DNA of 64,000 nucleotides, taken from the human T2T-CHM13v2.0 reference genome, Homo sapiens. The DNA is taken from the NCBI RefSeq assembly GCF_009914755.1, contig NC_060935.1; one strand, written 5' to 3'. Positions within the stretch are counted from its first letter, which is position 1. The number at the start of each line of letters is the position of its first letter. The notes below the pieces were generated by a model. That model was not told where the DNA came from. It was given only the letters and a program-made list of their open reading frames with translations, and searched no databases. This document shows positions 1 to 10,000 of the stretch, piece after piece. Position numbers and translations under genes: made by a program.

Positions 1-49
1 GAGGCCTGTGGTGGAAAAGGAAAATCTTCACATAAAAACTAGATGGAAG

Positions 50-220
50 CATTCTCAGAAACTTCTTTGTGATGATTGCATTCGACTCACAGAGTTGAAC
101 ATTCCTATAGATAGAGCAGGTTGTAAACAATCTTTTTGTAGAATCTGCGATTGGAGATTTGGACTGCTTTGAGGCCTACTGTAGTAAAGGAAATAACTTC
201 ATCTAAAAACCAAACAGAAG
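50..220 (+). repeat. Alpha-satellite monomer, A-type (likely W5)
   Basis: 171 bp. The box position holds CTACTGTAGTAAAGGAA (176-192), an A/pJalpha-type box with no CENP-B motif. Confidence 0.8.
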
Positions 221-388
221 CATTCACAGACAATTCTTAGTGATCATTGCATTGAACTAACAGAGCTGAACATTCCTTTAGATGGCGCAGTTTCCAAACA
301 CACTTTCTGTAGAATCTGCAAGTGGATATTTGGACCTCTCTGAGGATTTCGTTGGAAACGGGATAAACTTCCCAGAACTACACGGAAG
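221..388 (+). repeat. Alpha-satellite monomer, B-type, short (likely W1)
   Basis: 168 bp, with a canonical CENP-B box at 347-363. Confidence 0.8.
347..363 (+). promoter_or_regulatory. CENP-B box 1 (recurs every 850 bp)
   Basis: TTTCGTTGGAAACGGGA matches nTTCGnnnnAnnCGGGn at all 9 essential positions. Confidence 0.95.
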
Positions 389-558
389 CATTGTGAGAAA
401 CTTCTTTGTGATGTTTGCATTCAACTCACAGAGTTGAACCTTGCTTTCATAGTTCAGCTTTCAAACACTCTTTTTGTAGAATCTGCAAGTGGATATTTGG
501 ACCATTTTGTGGCCTTCTTTCGAAACGGGTATATCTTCACATCAAACCTAGACAGAAG
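389..558 (+). repeat. Alpha-satellite monomer, B-type with degenerate box (likely W2)
   Basis: 170 bp. The box at 514-530 has array consensus CTTCCTTCGAAACGGGT and lacks the G of TTCG. Confidence 0.8.
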
Positions 559-729
559 CATTCTCAGAATGTTTCCTGTGATGACTGCATTCAACTCACA
601 GAGGTGAACAATCCTGCTGATGGAGCAGTTTTGAAACTCTCTTTCTTTGGATTCTGCAAGTGGATATGTGGACCTCTGTGAAGATTTCGTTGGAAACGGG
701 TTCATCTTCACAGAAAAACTAAACAGGAG
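559..729 (+). repeat. Alpha-satellite monomer, B-type (likely W3)
   Basis: 171 bp, with a CENP-B box at 685-701. Confidence 0.8.
685..701 (+). promoter_or_regulatory. CENP-B box 2 (recurs every 850 bp)
   Basis: TTTCGTTGGAAACGGGT matches nTTCGnnnnAnnCGGGn. Confidence 0.95.
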
Positions 730-899
730 CATTCTCAGAAACTGCTTTGTGATGTTTGTGTTCCACTTAAAGAATTGAACTTTCCTCTTGACAGAGCAGC
801 TCTGAAACCCTCTTTTTCTAGAATCTGCAAGTGGACATTTGGAGGGCTTTGAGGCCTGTGGTGGAAAAGGAAAATCGTCACATATAAACTTTATGGAAG
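730..899 (+). repeat. Alpha-satellite monomer, A-type, carrying the XbaI site (likely W4)
   Basis: 170 bp. TCTAGA at 817-822; A-type box CTGTGGTGGAAAAGGAA at 856-872. Confidence 0.8.
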
Positions 900-1363
900 C
901 ATTCTCAGAAACTACTTTGTGATGATTGCATTCGACTCACAGAGTTGAACATTCCTATAGATAGAGCAGGTTGTAAACAATCTTTTTGTAGAATCTGCGA
1001 TTGGAGATTTGGACTGCTTTGAGGCCTACTGTAGTAAAGGAAATTACTTCATCTAAAAACCGAACGGAAGCATTCACAGACAATTCTTAGTTATCATTGC
1101 ATTGAACTAACAGAGCTGAACATTCCTTTAGATGGCGCAGTTTCCAAACACACTTTCTGTAGAATGTGCAAGTGGATATTTGGACCTCTCTGAGGATTTC
1201 GTTGGAAACGGGATAAACTTCCCAGAACTACACGGAAGCATTGTGAGAAACTTCTTTGTGATGTTTGCATTCAACTCACAGAGTTGAACCTTGCTTTCAT
1301 AGTTCAGCTTTCAAACACTCTTTTTGTAGAATCTGCAAGTGGATATTTGGACCACTTTGTGGC

Positions 1364-1380
1364 CTTCCTTCGAAACGGGT
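1364..1380 (+). promoter_or_regulatory. Degenerate, predicted non-binding CENP-B box of the middle B monomer (recurs every 850 bp)
   Basis: CTTCCTTCGAAACGGGT matches 8 of 9 essential bases (TTCG>TTCC). Confidence 0.85.
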
Positions 1381-4300
1381 ATATCTTCACATCAAACCTA
1401 GTCAGAAGCATTCTCAGAATGTTTCCTGTGATGACTGCATTCAACTCACAGAGGTGAACAATCCTGCTGATGGAGCAGTTTTGAAACTCTCTTTCTTTGG
1501 ATTCTGCAAGTGGATATGTGGACCTCTGTGAAGATTTCGTTGGAAACGGGTTCATCTTCACAGAAAAACTAAACAGGAGCATTCTCAGAAACTGCTTTGT
1601 GATGTTTGTGTTCCACTTAAAGAATTGAACTTTCCTCTTGACAGAGCAGCTCTGAAACCCTCTTTTTCTAGAATCTGCAAGTGGACATTTGGAGGGCTTT
1701 GAGGCCTGTGGTGGAAAAGGAAAATCGTCACATAAAAACTTTATGGAAGCATTCTCAGAAACTTCTTTGTGATGATTGCATTCGACTCACAGAGTTGAGC
1801 ATTCCTATAGATAGAGCAGGTTGTAAACAATCTTTTTGTAGAATCTGCGATTGGAGATTTGGACTGCTTTGAGGCCTGCTGTAGTAAAGGAAATTACTTC
1901 ATCTAAAAACCAAACGGAAGCATTCACAGACAATTCTTAGTGATCATTGCATTGAACTAACAGAGCTGAACATTCCTTTAGATGGAGCAGTTTCCAAACC
2001 CACTTTCTGTAGAATCTGCAAGTGGATATTTGGACTTCTCTGAGGATTTCGTTGGAAACGGGATAAACTTCCCAGAACTACACGGAAGCATTGTGAGAAA
2101 CTTCTTTGTGATGTTTGCATTCAACTCACAGAGTTGAACATTGCTTTCATAGTTCAGCTTTCAAACACTCTTTTTGTAGAATCTGCAAGTGGATATTTGG
2201 ACCACTTTGTGGCCTTCCTTCGAAACGGGTATATCTTCACATCAAACATAGACAGAAGCATTCTCAGAATGTTTCCTGTGATGACTGCATTCAACTCACA
2301 GAGGTGAACAATCCTGTTGATGGAGCAGTTTTGAAACTCTCTTTCTTTGGATTCTGCAAGTGGATATGTGGACCTCTGTGAAGATTTCGTTGGAAACGGG
2401 TTCATCTTCACAGAAAAACTAAACAGGAGCATTCTCAGAAACTGCTTTGTGATGTTTGTGTTCCACTTAAAGAATTGAACTTTCCTCTTGACAGAGCAGC
2501 TCTGAAACCCTCTTTTTCTAGAATCTGCAAGTGGACATTTGGAGGGCTTTGAGGCCTGTGGTGGAAAAGGAAAATCTTCACATAAAAACTAGATGGAAGC
2601 ATTCTCAGAAACTTCTTTGTGATGATTGCATTCGACTCACAGAGTTGAACATTCCTATAGATAGAGCAGGTTGTAAACAATCTTTTTGTAGAGTCTGCGA
2701 TTGGAGATTTGGACTGCTTTGAGGCCTACTGTAGTAAAGGAAATTACTTCATCTAAAAACCAAACGGAAGCATTCACAGACAATTCTTAGTGATCATTGG
2801 ATTGAACTAACAGAGCTGAACATTCCTTTAGATGGAGCAGTTTCCAAACCCACTTTCTGTAGAATCTGCAAGGGGATATTTGGACTTCTCTGAGGATTTC
2901 GTTGGAAAGGGGATAAACTTCCCAGAACGACACGGAAGCATTGTGAGAAACTTCTTTGTGATGTTTGCATTCAACTCACAGAGTTGAACCTTGCTTTCAT
3001 AGTTCAGCTTTCAAACACTCTTTTTGTAGAATCTGCAAGTGGATATTTGGACCACTTTGTGGCCTTCCTTCGAAACGGGTATATCTTCCCATCAAACCTA
3101 GACAGAAGCATTCTCAGAATGTTTCCTGTGATGACTGCATTCAACTCACAGAGGTGAACAATCCTGTTGATGGAGCACTTTTGAAACTCTCTTTCTTTGG
3201 ATTCTGCAATTTGATTTGTGGACCTCTGTGAAGATTTCGTTGGAAACGGGTTCATCTTCACAGAAAAACTAAACAGAAGCATTCTCAGAAACTACTTTGT
3301 GATGTTTGTGTTCCACTTCAAGAATTGAACTTTCCTCTTGACAGAGCAGCTCTGAAACCTTCTTTTTCTAGAATCTGCAAGTGGACATTTGGAGGGCTTT
3401 GTGGCCTGTGGTGGAAAAGGAAAATCTTCACATAAAAACTAGATGGAAGCATTCTCAGAAACTACTTTGTGATGATTGCATTCGACTCACAGAGTTGAAC
3501 ATTCCTATAGATAGAGCAGGTTGTAAACAATCTTTTTGTAGAATCTGCGATTGGAGATTTGGACTGCTTTGAGGCCTACTGTAGTAAAGGAAATAACTTC
3601 ATCTAAAAACCAAACGGAAGCATTCACAGACAATTCTTAGTGATCATTGGATTGAACTAACAGAGCTGAACATTCCTTTAGATGGCGCAGTTTCCAAACA
3701 CACTTTCTGTAGAATCTGCAAGTGGATATTTGGACCTCTCTGAGGATTTCGTTGGAAACGGGATAAACTTCCCAGAACTACACGGAAGCATTCTGAGAAA
3801 CTTCTTTGTGATGTTTGCATTCAACACACAGAGTTGAAACTTGCTTTCATAGTTCAGCTTTCAAACACTCTTTTTGTAGAATCTGCAAGTGGTTATTTGG
3901 ACCACTTTGTGGCCTTCCTTCTAAACGGGTATATCTTCACATCAAACCTAGACAGAAGCATTCTCAGAATGTTTCCTGTGATGACTGCATTCAACTCACA
4001 GAGGTGAACAATCCTGCTGATGGAGCAGTTTTGAAACTCTCTTTCTTTGGATTCTGCAAGTGGATATGTGGACCTCTGTGAAGATTTCGTTGGAAACGGG
4101 TTCATCTTCACAGAAAAACTAAACAGGAGCATTCTCAGAAACTGCTTTGTGATGTTTGTGTTCCACTTCGGGAATTGAACTTTCCACTTGACAGAGCAGC
4201 TCTGAAACCCTCTTTTTCTAGAATCTGCAAGTGGACATTTGGAGGGCTTTGAGGCCTGTTGTGGAAAAGGAAAATCTTCACATAAAAACTAGATGGAAGC

Positions 4301-7010
4301 ATTCTCAGAAACTACTTTGTGATGATTGCATTCGACTCACAGAGTTGAACATTCCTATAGATAGAGCAGGTTGTAAACAATCTTTTTGTAGAATCTGTGA
4401 TTGGAGATTTGGACTGCTTTGAGGCCTACTGTAGTAAAGGAAATAACTTCATCTAAAAACCAAACGGAATCATTCACAGACAATTCTTAGTGATCATTGG
4501 ATTGAACTAACAGAGCTGAACATTCCTTTAGATGGCGCAGTTTCCAAACACACTTTCTGTAGAATCTGCAAGTGGATATTTGGACCTCTCTGAGGATTTC
4601 GTTGGAAACGGGATAAACTTCCCAGAACTACACGGAAGCATTCTGAGAAACTTCTTTGTGATGTTTGCATTCAACTCACAGAGTTGAACCTTGCTTTCAT
4701 AGTTCAGCTTTCAAACACTCTTTTTGTAGAATCTGCAAGTGGATATTTGGACCACTTTGTGGCCTTCCTTCGAAACGGGTATATCTTCACATCAAACCTA
4801 GACAGAAGCATTCTCAGAATGTTTCCTGTGATGACTGCATTCAACTCACAGAGGTGAACAATCCTGCTGATGGAGCAGTTTTGAAACTCTCTTTCTTTGG
4901 ATTCTGCAAGTGGATATGTGGACCTCTGTGAAGATTTCGTTGGAAACGGGTTCATCTTCACAGAAAAACTAAACAGGAGCATTCTCAGAAACTGCTTTGT
5001 GATGTTTGTGTTCCACTTCAAGAATTGAACTTTCCTCTTGACAGAGCAGCTCTGAAACCCTCTTTTTCTAGAATCTGCAAGTGGACATTTGGAGGGCTTT
5101 GAGGCCTGTTGTGGAAAAGGAAAATCTTCACATAAAAACTAGATGGAAGCATTCTGAGAAACTACTTTGTGATGATTGCATTCGACTCACAGAGTTGAAC
5201 ATTCCTATAGATAGAGCAGGTTGTAAACAATCTTTTTGTAGAATCTGCGATTGGAGATTTGGACTGCTTTGAGGCCTACTGTAGTAAAGGAAATAACGTC
5301 ATCTAAAAACCAAACGGAAGCATTCACAGACAATTCTTAGTGATCATTGGATTGAACTAACAAAGCTGAACATTCCTTTAGATGGCGCAGTTTCCAAACA
5401 CACTTTCTGTAGAATCTGCAAGTGGATATTTGGACCTCTGTGAGGATTTCTTTGGAAACGGGATAAACTTCCCAGAACTACACAGAAGCATTCTGAGAAA
5501 TTTCTTTGTGATGTTTGCGTTCAACTCACAGAGTTGAACCTCGTTTTCATAGTTCAGCTTTCAAACACTCTTTTTGTAGAATCTGCAAGTGGATATTTGG
5601 ACCACTTTGTGGCCTTCCTTCGAAACGGGTATATCTTCACATCAAACCTAGACAGAAGCATTCTCAGAATGTTTCCTGTGATGACTGCATTCAACTCACA
5701 GAGGTGAACAATCCTGCTGATGGAGCAGTTTTGAAACTCTCTTTCTTTGGATTCTGCAAGTGGATAGGTGGACCTCTGTGAAGATTTCGTTGCAAACGGG
5801 TTCATCTTCACAGAAAAAGTAAACAGGAGCATTCTCAAAAACTGCTTTGTGATGTTTGTGTTCCACTTCAGGAATTGAACTTTCCTCTTGACAGAGCAGC
5901 TCTGAAACCCTCTTTTTCTAGAATCTGCAAGTGGACATTTGGAGGGCTTTGAGGCCTGTGGTGGAAAAGGGAAATCTTCACATAAAAACTAGATGGAAGC
6001 ATTCTCAGAAACTACTTTGTGATGATTGCATTCGACTCACAGAGTTGAACATTCCTATAGATAGAGCAGGTTGTAAACAATCTTTTTGTAGAATCTGCGA
6101 TTGGAGATTTGGACTGCTTTGAGGCCTACTGTAGTAAAGGAAATAACTTCATCTAAAAACCAAACGGAAGCATTCACAGACAATTCTTAGTGATCATTGG
6201 ATTGAACTAACAGAGCTGAACATTCCTTCAGATGGCGCAGATTCCAAACACACTTTCTGTAGAATCTGCAAGTGGATATTTGGACCTCTGTGAGGATTAC
6301 GTTGGAAACGGGATAAACTTCCCAGAACTACACGGAAGCATTCTGAGAAACTTCTTTGTGATGTTTGCATTCAACTCACAGAGTTGAACCTTGCTTTCAT
6401 AGTTCAGCTTTCAAATACTCTTTTTGTAGAATCTGTAAGTGGATATTTGGACCACTTTGTGGCCTTCCTTCGAAACGGGTATATCTTCACATCAAACCTA
6501 GACAGAAGCATTCTCAGAATGTTTCCTGTGATGACTGCATTCAACTCACAGAGGTGAACAATCCTGTTGATGGAGCAGTTTTGAAACTTCCTTTCTTTGG
6601 ATTTTGCAAGTGGATATGTGGACCTCTGTGAAGATTTCGTTGGAAACGGGTTCATCTTCACAGAAAAACTAAACAGGAGCATTCTCAGAAACTGCTTTGT
6701 GATGTTTGTGTTCCACTTCAGGAATTGAACTTTCCTCTTGACAGAGCAGCTCTGAAACCCTCTTTTTCTAGAATCTGCAAGTGGACATTTGGAGGACTTT
6801 GAGGCCTGTGGTGGAAAAGGAAAATCTTCACATAAAAACTAGATGGAAGCATTCTCAGAAACTACTTTGTGATGATTGCATTCGACTCACAGAGTTGAAC
6901 ATTCCTATAGATAGAGCAGGTTGTAAACAATCTTTTGTAGAATCTGCGATTGGAGATTTGGACTGCTTTGAGGCCTACTGTAGTAAAGGAAATAACTTCA
7001 TTTAAAAACA

Positions 7011-10000
7011 AAACGGAAGCATTCACAGACAATTCTTAGTGATCATTGGATTGAACTAACAGAGCTGAACATTCCTTTAGATGGCGCAGGTTCCAAACCC
7101 ACTTTCTGTAGAATCTGCAAGTGGATATTTGGACCTCTCTGAGGATTTCGTTGGAAACGGGATAAACTTCCCAGAACTACACGGAAGCATTCTGAGAAAC
7201 TTCTTTGTGATGTTTGCATTCAACTCACAGAGTTGGACCTTGCTTTCATAGTTCAGCTTTCAAACACTCTTTTTGTACAATCTGCAAGTGGATATTTGGA
7301 CCACTTTGTGGCCTTCCTTCGAAACGGGTATATCTTCACATCAAACCTAGACAGAAGCATTCCCAAAATGTTTCCTGTGATGACTGCATTCAACTCACAG
7401 AGGTGAACAATCCTGCTGATGGAGCAGTTTTGAAACTCTCTTTCTTTGGATTCTGCAAGTGGATATGTGGACCTCTGTGAAGATTTCGTTGGAAATGGGT
7501 TCATCTTCACAGAAAAACTAAACAGGAGCATTCTCAGAAACTGCTTTGTGATGTTTGTGTTCCACTTCAGGAATTGAACTTTACTCTTGACAGAGCAGCT
7601 CTGAAACCCTCTTTTCTAGAATCTGCAAGTGGACATTTGGAGGGCTTTGAGGCCTGTGGTGGAAAAGGAAAATCTTCACATAAAAACTAGATGGAAGCAT
7701 TCTCAGAAACTACTTTGTGATGATTGCATTCGACTCACAGAGTTGAACATTCCTATAGATAGAGCAGGTTGTAAACAATCTTTTTGTAGAATCTGCGATT
7801 GGAGATTTGGACTGCTTTGAGGCCTACTGTAGTAAAGGAAAGAACTTCATCTAAAAACCAAACGGAAGCATTCACAGACAATTCTTAGTGATCATTGGAT
7901 TGAACTAACAGAGCTGAACATTCCTTTAGATGGAGCAGTTTCCAAACACACTTTCTGTAGAATCTGCAAGTGGATATTTGGACCTCTCTGAGGATTTCGT
8001 TGGAAACGGGATAAACTTCCCAGAACTACACGGAAGCATTCTGAGAATCTTCTTTGTGATGTTTGCATTCAACTCACAGAGTTGAACATGGCTTTCATAT
8101 TTCAGCTTTCAAACACTCTTTTTGTAGAATCTGCAAGTGGATATTTGGACCACTTTGTGGCCTTCCTTCGAAACGGGTATATCTTCACATCAAACCTAGA
8201 CAGAAGCATTCTCAGAATGTTTCCTGTGATGACTGCATTCAGCTCACAGAGGTGAACAATCCTTTTGATGGAGCAGTTTTGAAACTCTCTTTCTTTGGAT
8301 TCTGCAAGTGGATATGTGGACCTCTGTGAAGATTTCGTTGGAAACGGGTTCATCTTCACAGAAATACTAAACATCAGCATTCTCAGAAACTGCTTTGTGA
8401 TGTTTGTGTTCCACTTCAAGAATTGAACTTTCCTCTTGACAGAGCAGCTCTGAAACCCTCTTTTTCTAGAATCTGCAAGTGGACATTTGGAGGGCTTTGA
8501 GGCCTGTGGTGGAAAAGGAAAATCTTCACATAAAAACTAGATGGAAGCATTCTCAGAAACTACTTTGTGATGATTGCATTCGACTCACAGAGTTGAACAT
8601 TCCTATAGATAGAGCAGGTTGTAAACAATCTTTTTGTAGAATCTGCGATTGGAGATTTGGACTGCTTTGAGGCCTACTGTAGTAAAGGAAATAACTTCAT
8701 CTAAAAACCAAACGGAAGCATTCACAGAAAATTCTTAGTGATCATTGGATTGAACTAACAGAGCTGAACATTCCTTTAGATGGCGCAGTTTCCAAACACA
8801 CTTTCTGTAGAATCTGCAAGTGTATATTTGGACCTCTGTGAGGATTTCGTTGGAAACGGGATATACTTCCCAGAACTACACGGAAGCATTCTGAGAAACT
8901 TCTTTGTGATGTTTGCATTCAACTCACAGGGTTGAAACTTGCTTTCATAGTTCAGCTTTCAAACACTCTTTTTGTAGAATCTGCAAGTGGATATTTGGAC
9001 CACTTTGTGGCCTTCCTTCGAAACGGGTATATCTTCACATCAAACCTAGACAGAAGCATTCTCAGAATGTTTCCTGTGATGACTGCATTCAACTCACAGA
9101 GGTGAACAATCCTGTTGATGGAGCAGTTTTGAAACTCTCTTTCTTTGGATTCTGCAAGTGGATATGTGGACCTCTGTGAACATTTCGTTGGAAACGGGTT
9201 CATCTTCACAGAAAAACTAAACAGGAGCATTCTCAGAAACTGCTTTGTGATGTTTGTGTTCCACTTCAGGAATTGAACTTTCCTCTTGACAGAGCAGCTC
9301 TGAAACCCTCTTTTTCTAGAATCTGCAAGTGGACATTTGGAGGGCTTTGAGGCCTGTGGTGGAAAAGGAAAATCTTCACATAAAAACTAGATGGAATCAT
9401 TCTCAGAAACTACTTTGTGATGATTGCATTCGACTCACAGAGTTGAACATTCCTATAGATAGAGCAGGTTGTAAACAATCTTTTTGTAGAATCTGCGATT
9501 GGAGATTTGGACTGCTTTGAGGCCTACTGTAGTAAAGGAAAGAACTTCATCTAAAAACCAAACGGAAGCATTCACAGACAATTCTTAGTGATCATTGGAT
9601 TGAACTAACAGAGCTGAACATTCCTTTAGATGGCGCAGGTTCCAAACCCACTTTCTGTAGAATCTGCAAGTGGATATTTGGACCTCTCTGAGGATTTCGT
9701 TGGAAACGGGATAAACTTCCCAGAACTACACGGAAGCATTCTGAGAAACTTCTTTGTGATGTTTGCATTCAACTCACAGAGTTGGACCTTGCTTTCATAG
9801 TTCAGCTTTCAAACACTCTTTTTGTACAATCTGCAAGTGGATATTTGGACCACTTTGTGGCCTTCCTTCGAAACGGGTATATCTTCACATCAAACCTAGA
9901 CAGAAGCATTCCCAAAATGTTTCCTGTGATGACTGCATTCAACTCACAGAGGTGAACAATCCTGCTGATGGAGCAGTTTTGAAACTCTCTTTCTTTGGAT

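Larger units (their letters stand above)
50..899 (+). repeat. First complete 850-bp HOR unit (representative)
   Basis: Monomer starts in the CATT frame are at 50, 221, 389, 559 and 730, with the next unit at 900. Lengths 171+168+170+171+170 = 850. Confidence 0.95.

Noticed and set aside
816-823. TTCTAGAA as a heat-shock element
   Set aside because: It has only two nGAAn units with no good third inverted pentamer; it is simply the XbaI-containing palindrome.
5785-5801. Box variants at 5793 (ttgCaaacggg) and 62400 (cgggC) as CENP-B box losses
   Set aside because: Both changes fall in non-essential N positions of nTTCGnnnnAnnCGGGn.
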